DNA of 64,000 nt from NCBI GenBank assembly GCA_965235115.1, contig OZ249447.1, positions 23,808,001-23,872,000 on the forward strand. The letters are read 5' to 3'. Below are positions 40,801-51,400 of the stretch, one piece after another. Position 1 is the stretch's first letter; every line of letters begins with the position of its first letter. This stretch comes from Laetmonice hystrix (taxonomy: Eukaryota). A program made the position numbers and the translations under genes. Under the pieces are notes generated by a model, which saw only the letters and a program-made list of their open reading frames with translations, was not told where the DNA came from and ran no database searches.

Positions 40801-43800
40801 CTAACTTCCCTACTTAACGTATTTCCTCTCATCCCAGCTTTTAGAAATACCAGTAATTGATGACAGATGATCATGTTTTGTGTACTGGAAATCACACAAA
40901 CAAACTGTCTGGCCTACAAGACATTCCAATTAGAAATGATCTATTTCTATTATCCTAAAGTATGCTTCATCTTTGAGGAAATGAGGACAATTATGTAATG
41001 CCATTCAGTATTGAACTGTGAGCACTTCAAAACATTCTCCTTCAGCATGCAAATCCACATGGCACAGAAATCTCCGCCCCCCCCCCCCCTTCCCAGATTT
41101 ACAGTACTCGTTATCAGGTTTGGCGCAGATCCCTGTAATGGACTGCTTCCATCTTTCCAGTGTCACCTCAGGCGGTACCATTAACAAAGACCCATTGCCC
41201 TTGCTACCATTGACGAGCCACTTGCCTCACGGTTGGGCAAAAACCGAGCCGGCGATCTGGGTTACACTACTGTATCTGTATGGCCACTTAAAATCTGTGT
41301 ACTGTCCTAGATAAGGAAACGGCCATAAAAAGATGGTGGTGACTGGAGCCTCCTGGGAGCACTCATCATACGCAGTCCGGAGGGTTTACAAACAAACCAC
41401 GGTGCGGGCAATACAAGGCCACTTGAGGGATCTTCTCAGACCGTTCAGGGACCGCTGCAACTTTGTGCCGTTTGGGCTAATCGATAATCCGGCCCTGTCC
41501 TTGCAACAGCCTTTGATTGATTGCCTAATAATTAATTACCTAATGGATCAATACATGAAGCGAGTTGTAAGGGTATCATGCCGCCATAACCAGTGGCAAG
41601 GGAACTGTTGTACACTACAGGCATCCATCCACGAGGCACTTCCTGGGCAAGTCACACAGACGTGTCACATATAGAGGATACAGCTATTTATTCGTTATTA
41701 TCTAATAATCACTGCCCCAAGCCAATTATCAATTACGTCAAAACTACTTCGTGAAAGCGACAAACCAAGTGGTGACATTCCAGGTAGTTTCAACTTTCAA
41801 GGAAGTGTTTTTTCTTGCTCAACATAAACACTTAAACAAAGACCTAGTCTTTAAAATAGCAAATTAATGAATGGGAAGTAAAAATGTATTTTAAAGTATA
41901 GCATACCATCTAGAGAAACACATAAGCATATAGTATAATATACTGATGTCAGGTTTCAGTTAGTTATGTTATCTTGTCCGTCTCTCTTCTCGTGACAGCA
42001 ATTAAACGAACCACTTTCCCTTTTTTGCCATTCAAAAACTCCCTTTAAATTTAATCCGCAAAGTGCTCCCCCATCTCAGGTCCTTGAGAGCGGCAGCTGT
42101 CACATAGGTAGCGGCGCGCATAGACTGATGACGTATTTCGGTACATTTCGAGGCTGGTTCCTTTAGACGTGCCAGTCTATAAATGATAACCGAGCTGTCG
42201 GCTACAATCCACTTCACTCGATGTCTGATGTACGTCAGAAACATGTCATTACACAGTACGCCTACAAGAAACTCATCAGTCCATGTAAACATTTTATCTA
42301 TATTTCTCTGATGGTAAAAAAAGATCGTTCGAGTTGTTAATTGGACTTATGAAGTGTCAAGTGACAGAATAAATCATGTCTCAAAGGAAAGTGTCCTTGT
42401 GAATACTCTTGCCCTGCCCGTATGAGACAAATACAAGTGGTGTCCACTGACGAGGCTTACCGCTAACGTGTAACTAGGAAGCTTACCTCACAGCCAAAAT
42501 ACATCATTACAAACACTGACAGAGACTTACTATACCGCTAACGTGTAACTAGGAAGCTTACCTCACAGCCAAAATACATCATTACAAACACTGACGAGAC
42601 TTACTATACCGCTAACGTGTAACTAGGAAGCTTACCTCACAGCCAAAATACATCATTACTATACCGCTAACGTGTAACTAGGAAGCTTACCTCACAGCCA
42701 AAATACATCATTACAAACACTGACGAGACTTACTATACCGCTAACGTGTAACTAGGAAGTTTACCTCACAGCCAAAATACATCATTACAAGCACGCCGTT
42801 ATATATATCTAGACGTGGACACTCCCGCCATCTTTCCCCTGTTATTCTGAAGGTGGTAGTAGTAGCATCTTATTCTGGCTCATCTGGCCTCCATCTGCTC
42901 GTTGGTCGGGCCGACCAGCTCTGGTTACTACCCCACAACCATACCACCTGAGTACTGCTACATTACGTACTGCTATCTCTCTCTTATAACCAAGCCACAT
43001 CTTATTACTGCCAGTCTCTCCACTCGCACTACGCGACGTGGACCCACATATAAAACATACGTTAGCAACAGGAGACTTGGTATGGAGTATGTCGGAATGG
43101 TATAATACAGGCCCACTGTGTGGTCAGGTCGGAGGTATACTGGACAGGAGCAGGTAGGTTGGCGACTTGTAATGATGCTGGCCAGGTCCACCGGTAGACT
43201 GGCGTGGGTTTGTCAGCAGGAGGATGGACAGGGAAAGATGCGAGCAGATTTGGGGGCAGGTAAAGGTATGACCGACGAACAGTGGCGAAGTACAGCAGTA
43301 AGCGACTACATGTAGTACAAACATATCAAAAACCGGAGTGAAAATTATAGCATCACATTAAGACATAACATGTGAATTGTCATCACAATATACCACAGGT
43401 ATCCCGGCAGGTGGAGCACCGTCGACATGTTGCCATGCGAACACACCTATAGACTCAGCCAGGAGTTGTACATTTGTGAAAACAATAAATGTGATGAACA
43501 GAAATCGACTAAGGAGCGGCAAGTTGTGTTGACGTGGCAGGGTTCATACAGACGAGACAGGACCAGACTGACACTGGATGTCATCCAAGTTATTGATTTC
43601 AGGCCATGGGGTCAATAGGAGTAACAGCATCAGGGACCTAGACAGGTGCGACAACTAAAATACAGCTGCATCCACACCTAGGCTCCGCTGTATGTACAGT
43701 TTGCAGCATTGTTTACCATGGTAATATGACTCAGAGGAGTGCCATATAGGACTACTTGTGGATGTAAAAACACACATGAATAATCTCCCCTCGAGTTTTC

Positions 43801-46800
43801 CTCTATCACCAGTACGTCACGCACGTATTTCTTGAATAATCTCCCCTCGAGTTTTCCTCTATCACCAGTACGTCACGCACGTATTTCTTGAATAATCTCC
43901 CCTCGAGTTTTCCTCTATCACCAGTACGTCACGCACGTATTTCATGAATAATCTCCCCTCGAGTTTTCCTCTATCACCAGTACGTCACGCACGTATTTCA
44001 TGAATAATCTCCCCTCGAGTTTTCCTCTATCACCAGTACGTCACGCACGTATTTCACTGCTGGCTTAAACAGAGTGCAAATGTTGGTAATCTTTGCCGGC
44101 GTTTCGATAGACCCTGGTAAAAGTATTGGGTGGTTTATGAAATAGATTTGTGGGCGGATACCTTCAAAAGAGAAAGGAATTATATGAATTTATAAGAATA
44201 TGAAATGTAGCCGGTATCTTCCCCAGAGAAGCTATGGGTTTGACAAGCCACATATAACCTTTTTATGGCTGTCAGCCTACACCGAACTCTTGAGGTATCA
44301 TAGAACGAAGCCCAAATTCATTACTCAATGACAATCGCTCCTCACTGTCCTAGCCAACAAACAGACTCATTAGGACATGCTCACAGCTTGCTTTCTGTTC
44401 CCATATTTAATTGAATAACTTTGCTTCCACATTACACTTGGAGCTTATCTGGCAGGACGAAATCTGCATCCCTCAAAATTAACAAAGTGATCATTTGGTC
44501 GTGTTCATTACAGCTATAATGATCAAGTTGAAAATTTGCATTTCAATCAGGCTTTCAAATGTGGCCCAGTGCCAAGTATTTATTATGCAAATTGCATTTA
44601 CAGTGCACAGAAAATGACATTCCGCGATGGCGAGTATGCGCTTTACAAGGTAACGCGTTGATTATCAAGAATTACTCCAATTATTCTATCTATTCCATGT
44701 CTATATAAGAGCAAACAATAACCACCTGCAAGTACGCGCACTACCCAGCAAAATTTCTGTATTAATTGGCTACACTGAATACACCGTCGAGTTTATATCA
44801 TAATGTCTACAATTGAAAAGGGCTGTTTAGTCGGCCGACAATGAGCCACCATTTCCAGTTTGGACCATGTTTTTCCTCATCTGTGCAAGTGCAAGCTTAT
44901 ACTGAGAGAAAACGGTACCGGTACTCGACACATAAACATGCAATGAGGCATACGTAAAACTCAATAACCGTTGGCAAACGAAGGAGGAGACAAGGAATCA
45001 GGACAAAGCATAATGCCATCTACCACTCACTGTTTGACAACTAAAAATAGGACGGTACCCGGTAATTTTCTTTTATAATACCGTTATACCACACTAGCTC
45101 CAACTCCTAGAATCTTCATGTCCCAATTGCTCCAATGACGGTAGAACGGTAGAATTTCTACAGAACTAAGTACTACAAAACACAGGCTTGTTTGGGTTAC
45201 CAAAACATGTCGAAGTTATGAGTTTGGTAAAAGCCAGAGGTCAGCAGGGGGTATTTGCTAATTGGTGCCGCTTCCAGGGCAGCTGTGTGGATGTGCGCCC
45301 GGCCATCTTCTGGCAGCAATGACAAACAATACCCACGGACATATACACATGCCGATCGATACCTGACGTACATGATTGTCACACATGCAGGCCAGCACCC
45401 ATACTGGCTCATTGTGGCACGGTATTCATAGCATCACCATGTGGCACTTTTTCTACAACTCCGTCTCCCTCGGCCAGACCTCCAGTTATCTCGACTTTAT
45501 AGGCGACTGGCAGTTACAGTACAACCATTCTAATCTTCTTCTTTCCTCAACTGCAAAAATCGATCAAAGAATGTGAAACCAAAATTATTGCAGTTCTGCA
45601 CTAAAATTCCACTGTACATATTTACACCGATACCCGCTTGCATTAGAAAACTACAGACAAACGCTAGAAGACGGAGCCCGGAAAAGCTAATTCACTAACA
45701 CCGGAGCCTGCTACTGACAGGTGACATGCTGATTGCCAGAGCTTCCCCCAATCACCTGCCCTCTACCCACCATGGATAGAGATCCTTGTTTATTAGAGAC
45801 ACCCTCAGTAGAGGCACAGCTTGCCACTGGCCATGCCAGCTAACTATCAACCAGGTAGACTGAGCAATACGCCAAGGCCGCTAAGTGCTACTTTGCTCCA
45901 ACAGCAGAGGCAGCAGATGGTGCGGGATGGGCCAGGGCTTGGTTCAAGTGGAAACTCATTATTATGGCTGCAATAAGCTTCATAACGAAGAAGCCATGCT
46001 TTACATTTCATACTAATACGACTTATACACTCACAATGAACGGCTTCAATATCCTGTTCAATCAATAAATAAGAATAAACATAATTCAGAGTGTTTCTTA
46101 CTTCCTTTAATCCATCACTCGACCACAACTATTGGGTCCGCATCACAATGACGTAGTACCACCAACATTATCTCATGGCGACCCACCCAATCAATCCATA
46201 CTGGCACATTCAATGTTTACAATAATAATACCATACAAATAAAGTCTTTTCCCACCCAAACGCCTTTGTCTGGCATTCAGAGGTCAAATGGTGAGAAGTA
46301 TTTAAAATCTCTGCGAGCAGTTTCAAAAGGTCGATAGGAATATGACGTACTACCATTTAATCACATGGTTGGGCCGTCATTCTCAATTCCTTTTATCCAG
46401 TAATTGTGATGACGATTAATGACTAATACTGACATGCATGCCGACTATCGCTATCTATCTGCCATTCCAGGACCTCCAGGCTTTCTGCAATGTTCAATAC
46501 TACCAACGTGAGCCGAGCCAGTCTGAGTTGAACTGATCCTTGATGATAAGGATGATGAAGTGATAATTGCGATGATTTATGATGCTGTTAACATTGACAT
46601 TTGTTGTCATGAGAAGCAGGCTTGGTAATGTATCATCCTTACAATGTTGTGCTCGCCGCCCAACCCTCTGGACCAAGCCCCACCCCGCCCCTCACGCCCT
46701 TTACACTTATGGCTCCGGACAACATTCCCGACGCTCAGGATCGTCTCTCAACGTCAGTCCCAAACTGACCATCAGCTCCCCACCGCTCGGCCCAGGGCAG

Positions 46801-48418
46801 TCATGTGAGGGCGGGCGCTCCGTTCAGACATTTTACTCGTTCTGTTGGCCAGTTAGTACTCCCACAATGCCAACAGTCACAACGGCAGCCCTCGGGCCAC
46901 CCAGATCTGCTCCATAGAAATGATGCTAATAATCTCCCACTACACAAACATGACAGACAGACGCAGCAGAATGTCAAAACCCACGGTTCTTTACAACTCC
47001 TACAATGTTCACAAAGGATAACCAGTGTAAGAGTTAAATATCATTACTCGTTTAACTCCGAGCGCGCAATAAAACACGCCCCCCCCCCCACCACCACCAC
47101 CACCACCACCAACACCACACCCACACGTAAATCTCCAGTTGCCTATTTAAATATCTGCATCGGTAAACGCACTCCATCTGTCTCTTTCTGTTCACCTTCA
47201 AGTAGGAAAGGGACTTCAAAGAACGAGTGGCTTCCACAGGAGAAGGCAGTGGCTGCACTTGCTGTGTTTACCATTGATCTGTTCAGGGGAACAGGAACTC
47301 GCCCAACGTCCAGGGGCAGCATCTCCCCTCCGACATAATGAGTTACACAGCCATCACCGACGACAACGTATGGAAGATGACCACCAAAGAAAACAACCCC
47401 GCTTGTCCTTGTTTAAATGCCCCCAGGCCAGGCTGCTCGCCGCCCACTCTTTGTGCCACGTCCAAGCGAGGTCAGAGGCGTAGAAACGTCGAGAAGACAC
47501 ACCAAAGACAACGCCTATAGACTTTAATTAGGCTTGATTGCCGACTGCTTTTCGCCAACTACCCTTGCGAAAATGTCGCTTTGCACTTCTTTGATATCTC
47601 ATTAAGTGTGTTTCTCCTCAGAGTTCTAATGATGTCAAAGACAACTCTACCCTAAGTGTTTTGTGTCTGCTCTGTCATGGCGGTCTGGTTAAACAATGTT
47701 TGATCACTGACAAACGTTACTTAAAGGAATAAAAATTCTGATGCTGAAGTGCAGACCAGGTACAAGCCCACTCTTTATTGCTTCTTCGAAATCACCTGAT
47801 CTTTTAAGAAAAAACCCGTACATTATGAGGGAATAAATTTTACTCTGGAAGCGCTATTCCTTTCTTCTGTGATCGTTCTTAAAGGAAGGTTTAAACAGGA
47901 TAATGTGCAGAAAGTATTGAAAAATACTTCCACCTGACCATCTGGTTGTAGGCCAACATATTATAGATAAGATATTCATCTTATACCCTAAATTAGGTAC
48001 ATATATATCATCGTTTTCCTGTGATAAATGACCCCCAAAATATACACGTATAATGAAGTAATTAGTGGTGCCCAGCATTCTAAGTTAAGGATTCCAAGTG
48101 TCATACAAATGTGCTATCAGAATGCCGACTTTACATTTGTGTCCAGTCTACCTGCACTTTAAGTGTTAGATCCGTAAATTAATTGACAACCATATAAAAT
48201 GCCAAAGTGTCAACAACACCGTCCATACCCTGTCCTTCCTCCAAAATACCTATAACGCCCAGAATGGAAAGAAATGAGCAAAATATTAAGATTGGACTTA
48301 CCCTGAGGGCATCAGTTTTCTTCTTTAGCAGGCTGCTTAAGTCCTCTGCCATTTTATTCACCGCCTTCAGGCCATCTACTTCTTCTAAGACCATATCATT
48401 TCGAAGATCGTCGTATCC
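1709..48418 (-). CDS. CACNA2D: Voltage-dependent calcium channel alpha-2/delta subunit gene, 5'-partial; 32 coding exons, 996 aa recovered
   Basis: Manually spliced exons join in frame (2991 nt). Family motifs present: [39 protein letters not shown] (MIDAS), [74 protein letters not shown] plus hydrophobic tail. Paralog assignment not possible by eye. Confidence 0.97.
2166..2260 (-). CDS. CACNA2D: CACNA2D exon 31/32: [31 protein letters not shown]
   Basis: 95 nt after an AC acceptor, gtaagt donor, phase 1-0; C...YRxxPxxC motif. Confidence 0.92.
2261..3477 (-). other. U12-type (minor spliceosome) AT-AC intron, 1217 nt
   Basis: 5' end ATATCCTT (3477-3470); branch site CCTTAAC (2276-2270) just upstream of the terminal AC (2262-2261); splicing AT..AC keeps exons 30 and 31 in frame. 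Confidence 0.92.
2275..3238. repeat. 46-bp minisatellite, 21 units, inside the U12 intron
   Basis: Unit aacaccagtccttacctctaaccattgccctaaaacacaaggtgat; starts at 2281+46n up to 3201. Confidence 0.97.
3478..3587 (-). CDS. CACNA2D: CACNA2D exon 30/32: [36 protein letters not shown]
   Basis: 110 nt, ttgcag acceptor, ATATCCTT (U12) donor, phase 2-1. Confidence 0.92.
3908..4061 (-). CDS. CACNA2D: CACNA2D exon 29/32: [50 protein letters not shown]
   Basis: 154 nt, agtcag / gtgagt, phase 1-2; delta SC...TQY..CGNC motif. Confidence 0.9.
4249..4289 (-). CDS. CACNA2D: CACNA2D exon 28/32: [13 protein letters not shown]
   Basis: 41 nt, tttcag / gtaatc, phase 2-1; probable alpha2/delta cleavage region. 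Confidence 0.82.
4556..4582 (-). CDS. CACNA2D: CACNA2D exon 27/32, 27-nt microexon: LFMQFNFY(D)
   Basis: 27 nt, tttcag / gtaagt, phase 2-2. Confidence 0.85.
   Translation of the reverse strand, partial: VVHAVQLL
4763..4815 (-). CDS. CACNA2D: CACNA2D exon 26/32: [17 protein letters not shown](W)
   Basis: 53 nt, tttcag / gtgtgt, phase 0-2; PxxxDxLxxxWW motif. Confidence 0.9.
5006..5155 (-). CDS. CACNA2D: CACNA2D exon 25/32: [50 protein letters not shown]
   Basis: 150 nt, tgacag / gtaagc, phase 0-0. Confidence 0.94.
5427..5572 (-). CDS. CACNA2D: CACNA2D exon 24/32: [48 protein letters not shown]
   Basis: 146 nt, tttcag / gttagt, phase 1-0. Confidence 0.94.
5770..5856 (-). CDS. CACNA2D: CACNA2D exon 23/32: [28 protein letters not shown]
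   Basis: 87 nt, ttacag / gtaagc, phase 1-1. Confidence 0.9.
5965..6068 (-). CDS. CACNA2D: CACNA2D exon 22/32: [34 protein letters not shown]
   Basis: 104 nt, gtgcag / gtctgt, phase 2-1. Confidence 0.9.
6314..6458 (-). CDS. CACNA2D: CACNA2D exon 21/32: [13 protein letters not shown]...[16 protein letters not shown]
   Basis: 145 nt, gttcag / gtctgt, phase 1-2. Confidence 0.94.
6714..6802 (-). CDS. CACNA2D: CACNA2D exon 20/32: [29 protein letters not shown](C)
   Basis: 89 nt, ttccag / gtaagt, phase 2-1; WxYC motif across the junction. Confidence 0.88.
7057..7108 (-). CDS. CACNA2D: CACNA2D exon 19/32: (A)[16 protein letters not shown](W)
   Basis: 52 nt (49 nt with the second CAG), pyrimidine tract then CAGCAG / gtcagt, phase 1-2. 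Confidence 0.85.
8874..8932 (-). CDS. CACNA2D: CACNA2D exon 18/32: [19 protein letters not shown]
   Basis: 59 nt, cgccag / gtgagt, phase 2-1. Confidence 0.88.
9350..9411 (-). CDS. CACNA2D: CACNA2D exon 17/32: [20 protein letters not shown](S)
   Basis: 62 nt, ctcaag (AAG) acceptor / gtgagt, phase 0-2. Confidence 0.88.
9800..10240. repeat. G-rich low-complexity tract with a 40-bp tandem repeat (about 4.5 copies, 10012-10191)
   Basis: tggggtgaagggactgagtgaaagggattgtgacggggat at 10021, 10061, 10101, 10141. Confidence 0.9.
10247..10318 (-). CDS. CACNA2D: CACNA2D exon 16/32: [24 protein letters not shown]
   Basis: 72 nt, ttacag / gtaagt, phase 0-0. Confidence 0.93.
11377..11430. repeat. poly-C and (CCCACA)n simple repeat
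   Basis: Direct inspection. Confidence 0.85.
12373..12444 (-). CDS. CACNA2D: CACNA2D exon 15/32: [24 protein letters not shown]
   Basis: 72 nt, ttacag / gtgagt, phase 0-0; DFLDxE motif. Confidence 0.92.
14026..14178 (-). CDS. CACNA2D: CACNA2D exon 14/32: [51 protein letters not shown]
   Basis: 153 nt, cttcag / gtgaat, phase 0-0; Cache domain. Confidence 0.95.
16396..16452 (-). CDS. CACNA2D: CACNA2D exon 13/32: [19 protein letters not shown]
   Basis: 57 nt, attcag / gtaggt, phase 0-0. Confidence 0.9.
17630..17830. repeat. Degenerate AT-rich tandem repeat, about 60 bp x3
   Basis: Recurrent aatttctatttggaaatt..aaagaatctat..tacatgttcaaatttgaat. Confidence 0.7.
21228..21311 (-). CDS. CACNA2D: CACNA2D exon 12/32: [28 protein letters not shown]
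   Basis: 84 nt, caacag / gtagga, phase 0-0; QWxNVYLD motif. Confidence 0.88.
24023..24072 (-). CDS. CACNA2D: CACNA2D exon 11/32: (G)[16 protein letters not shown]
   Basis: 50 nt, ttttag / gtgagt, phase 1-0. Confidence 0.92.
24251..24329 (-). CDS. CACNA2D: CACNA2D exon 10/32: [26 protein letters not shown]
   Basis: 79 nt, cttcag / gtaaga, phase 0-1. Confidence 0.94.
24517..24645 (-). CDS. CACNA2D: CACNA2D exon 9/32: [43 protein letters not shown]
   Basis: 129 nt, ctacag / gttggt, phase 0-0. Confidence 0.93.
25735..25855. repeat. Imperfect tandem duplication, about 65 bp x2
   Basis: taatatacatgtat.tggatagc...ttcatttcattgctaatctct occurs twice. Confidence 0.75.
26920..27158. mobile_element. 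Non-autonomous Kolobok-type DNA transposon (MITE)
   Basis: TTAA on both sides (26916-19, 27159-62); short imperfect TIRs aggcattccgcc / ggacagaatgcct; purine-start termini as known for Kolobok. Confidence 0.65.
27708..27797 (-). CDS. CACNA2D: CACNA2D exon 8/32: [30 protein letters not shown]
   Basis: 90 nt, ttttag / gtaagc, phase 0-0. Confidence 0.92.
27873..28161. repeat. 22-bp minisatellite, about 13 units, junctions form TGACGTCA
   Basis: Unit gtcactgtgcatggttactgac. Confidence 0.97.
28335..28403 (-). CDS. CACNA2D: CACNA2D exon 7/32: [23 protein letters not shown]
   Basis: 69 nt, ttccag / gtaggt, phase 0-0. Confidence 0.92.
28812..28911 (-). CDS. CACNA2D: CACNA2D exon 6/32: [33 protein letters not shown]
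   Basis: 100 nt, ttacag / gtaagt, phase 2-0; completes DxSxS. Confidence 0.95.
29134..29239 (-). CDS. CACNA2D: CACNA2D exon 5/32: [34 protein letters not shown]
   Basis: 106 nt, ttccag / gtaagg, phase 1-2; RRR motif and start of VWA. Confidence 0.95.
29412..29543 (-). CDS. CACNA2D: CACNA2D exon 4/32: [43 protein letters not shown]
   Basis: 132 nt, tttcag / gtatgt, phase 1-1. Confidence 0.95.
29880..30015 (-). CDS. CACNA2D: CACNA2D exon 3/32: [11 protein letters not shown]...[10 protein letters not shown]
   Basis: 136 nt, tttcag / gtgggt, phase 0-1. Confidence 0.93.
32334..33240. repeat. C-rich 61-bp minisatellite with deletion variants, about 15-16 units
   Basis: Unit cccccaaagtggctctatgttcttcccccagtctttccactcaaatctcccagatcacgga; explains the three long ORFs at 32202-33289. 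Confidence 0.95.
34530..34589 (-). CDS. CACNA2D: CACNA2D exon 2/32: [20 protein letters not shown]
   Basis: 60 nt, tttcag / gtacga, phase 0-0; matches the xxAExxxxxHxW segment. Confidence 0.85.
38843..40418. repeat. 38-bp minisatellite, about 41 units
   Basis: Unit ggagtctgtcactgatccagaccaacccaaccct(gcct/ttct/ttat). Confidence 0.97.
40458..40626. mobile_element. Harbinger/PIF-type palindromic MITE
   Basis: Near-perfect inverted repeat ggcccggtttcagaaaggttagc...gctaacctttctgaaaccgggcc with a CAG duplication on both sides. Confidence 0.85.
42455..42790. repeat. About 74-bp tandem repeat, about 4.5 copies (one internally deleted)
   Basis: ccgctaacgtgtaactaggaagcttacctcacagccaaaatacatcattac at 42460, 42535, 42609, 42664, 42738. 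Confidence 0.92.
43777..44056. repeat. 56-bp tandem repeat x5
   Basis: tgaataatctcccctcgagttttcctctatcaccagtacgtcacgcacgtatttc(t/a). Confidence 0.95.
47086..47125. repeat. poly-C plus (CCA)n microsatellite
   Basis: Direct inspection. Confidence 0.85.
48302..48418 (-). CDS. CACNA2D: CACNA2D found exon 1/32: [39 protein letters not shown]
   Basis: 117 nt, ttgcag acceptor, gtaagt donor, phase 0-0; aligns to the N-terminal helix of alpha2delta. Confidence 0.88.
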
Positions 48419-51400
48419 CTGCAACACACAAGGGCCAATTTATTACACGTTGTACTAAACCAAGAGATCAACAAATTCAATGAATAACACCGATAAGCAT
48501 TCACAAGCAGTTTCAAACTAAAATGTGCACTGTAGAGCCTGGTCAATCTTTCACGATATAATTATCTGTGGATGTCAAAGAAATGCCATGCTGGGCACTG
48601 CCAGCTTAGACTGACTGAAACCAGAGACTCAACCACAGACAACATCGATAAATCACAACCTGTTACCTCAATGCAATCCTGACCATTCACGGTATCTGTA
48701 GGGGGCTGCGGGACATATCAACGGAGCATAGAGAAATCACTGACAACAGCCATCAAGCCGTCATAGTATTGTCTACACAGGCGTCAGTGGCTACTACAGG
48801 CTACAAGCGGCCATGGTCATCAATAATGCAACAAGCAGTAACACAGGGAGTAACTGTCCGCTATCACCCGCTGTTATGAGTACGTTTCCCCGGACGTTTC
48901 CCTATATTCCCCGACGATATCGTCTCTCAACTACTGGCCGTGTATATACGGGTCCATCCGTCAATGCTCTGAGGACCACACCGACTTGTATCTACGGGGA
49001 GCCTTTCTGATCCGAACCTAATAACCAAGATGGTGGAGATTATATATTGTGAGGAATGATCAAGGAGTGCCGGGCCTTGTCATCCAACATGTGGTATTAA
49101 CGCTGTAACAGGCCCACCCACGTTTGCGCTTAGTCGACCTTCCTTGGGAGCCGTCTGGAATGAAAATGAACCCCGTCTTCATTTACAGGCGAGATGATTC
49201 TGGCAATAATGTGATTGACATCAACATGGCATCTTCTTTTCCTAACTCATGAAAATAATTAAACTTCTACTTGTTCAGGAAAAAAGGGAAACTTAGAAAG
49301 CCCTTGGTTTCATGCAAATTACTTCAAATCATAAAAACCAACCGCAAGGCCCTTTTCCAGTTTCGAGCACCGCACTCTGGATTTTACCTCAAACACTGTC
49401 GTTACCAATGCCGTATTCTCCCCGGAGCTCTGCAGCCATGCTCCCTGATGAGCCAAACTCCTTGGTTAAATGTCGCTGGATTTGTTCCAACTGCTCAGAA
49501 TTAAAATACATTCAGCGTATAGAATATCTTGCCCAAGGATAATGAACATAACCTAATAGTCCCCGACCAATCAATATCTACATGGCAAACGATGTCGAAT
49601 GTGCCCTCCCATAGTCTCGTGCATAAATAAATGCTGAAACACAGCGAAGTGTGTAAGATATGATTTCAATATGGTAGGCTGCAATTCTGGTCCACAATAC
49701 CTTTTCATCTCAAGAAATAACTACCTTTGGGGTTTGTACATCTTTAATTCAGGTTAGAATTTCACCTTCAAAATTATAAATGCCTTCATTCTTTCATCTT
49801 TAATTTCTTTTAAGTTTTAGAATGGATAATCATGAGAGAACGAAAATTTCATCTTTCAGATGACGTACAATACAATTAGATAATGGTATTTACATGTCCC
49901 GTATTTAAACCACGCTGTAGCATTGCATATATAAAACTGAAAAGATCTAATTAGATTTAAACTCCCATTTCAACAACAGTAACAGTATCCTATATTCTAA
50001 CCTTACCATGATAGCTCTGGGGTGTCGTTAACCAATATGCGTAAGCAGTGGAACCCTCTACCTTTAACCGGAGCCTTCCCGGCAATTCACCCAAAGCTTC
50101 GTCGCCTCCTCAGGGGACAGGTCAAAGTAATCTTATCCCACCAGCTGCCTCATGGCACTCCGGGCTTGATGTGCTAAATGAGGCCCTAGAGCCTCATGCA
50201 ATCAAGTTGTGGTGCTCAAAGATGGGCCAGGTAGGATAAAAAGGGAGACAAAGTCCCGCCTATGGTGTAAACGGTCCTCTTCAGGTGATGCTTCCGTGGT
50301 CTGATGGAGGTCTGCCCCACACGACTATCTTCCACATTCTGGTGCTGTGGACCCCTGCCCTAAAACCTACAAACAGTGCATACAACAAACTCTCCCATTC
50401 ATTTATCCCTACGGTCAATATTATAATTAGTGGGGACACTACGTAATATTATTAGTAAACGATTCGTTTTAACTCCGTTTTCTAACGACGTCATCGAAAT
50501 TTTGCACTTGGTCATTTTGTTCTCAACGTTTTCTTTGCAGTCTTATTTTACAGCATCTTCCTGGTGTTGCATGTCGACTAACTACATAAAATGAGACTAT
50601 GACAACTGTCATTCGTAGCGGAAATAACTTTAAGTTCATATCTGCAAACCATATATTTTCATCTCTGAAAGTATATTGATTTGACTTTCCACTGCGTGCA
50701 TTATAATAAACCAAGTCTAAGCTTCTCGTGACAGACGAAATGCCTTTGTATCCAGCAGCAGCAAATCACGGCGGACTTACCTACCACCCACGCGGCTTGA
50801 CCTTTTACTTGACCTTTCAACGATGTTGTCTATAGCCATACAGACTTTACACGGTCGTTCAACATAGAACTGGATAAAATCCAGGAAATTAAGAAATGTC
50901 ATAGTTCTTTGGCATGGTAAATGGCATCGTGACAAGCGGATGTCACGCAGGCGACCTCTGCCACCTATATGTGTGTGATTTACCATGTAGTGAATTATAT
51001 TCAGGGTTAATTAAGATTTCAATAATCACCATATAAGTTTGCTGCATGAAACCTCCCACTCAAGACGGTTCCCGTATGAGAGGAGAAAGCCTCAATATTA
51101 CAGGAACCTTTTTCTTTACTTCTACACAATCACACTTGTCAACCTTAATCGAATTCCCCACGTTCTCACCTACTGACGTTCAATCTGTAATTCACAGTTC
51201 AATAATCTACTGGCTTCTAGGAATTTATGGAAGTACTGACAAAAAGAACATAACCCGATGGTAATTTTCCTTGAATTAAGATCTGACAGACAAATCCTGC
51301 AGTCTTAATTGAAAAGCACTCCATTAAGACTTCCAAACCTGCGAACCAATTTTAAACCTTCGCAATTTCAATCGTCGCTACTCATTTCCTTTCACTGGGT

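Noticed and set aside
46805-47338. 177-aa plus-strand ORF
   Set aside because: GTG start, runs through a (CCA)n microsatellite, no domain or splice support
49445-49470. Hammerhead-like CTGATGA-GCCAA..TTGGT
   Set aside because: Followed by TAAA rather than the required GAAA; no stems I or III found
50781-50869. Exon-like segment with good AG and GT sites
   Set aside because: Translation is unlike alpha2delta and the needed phase has a stop
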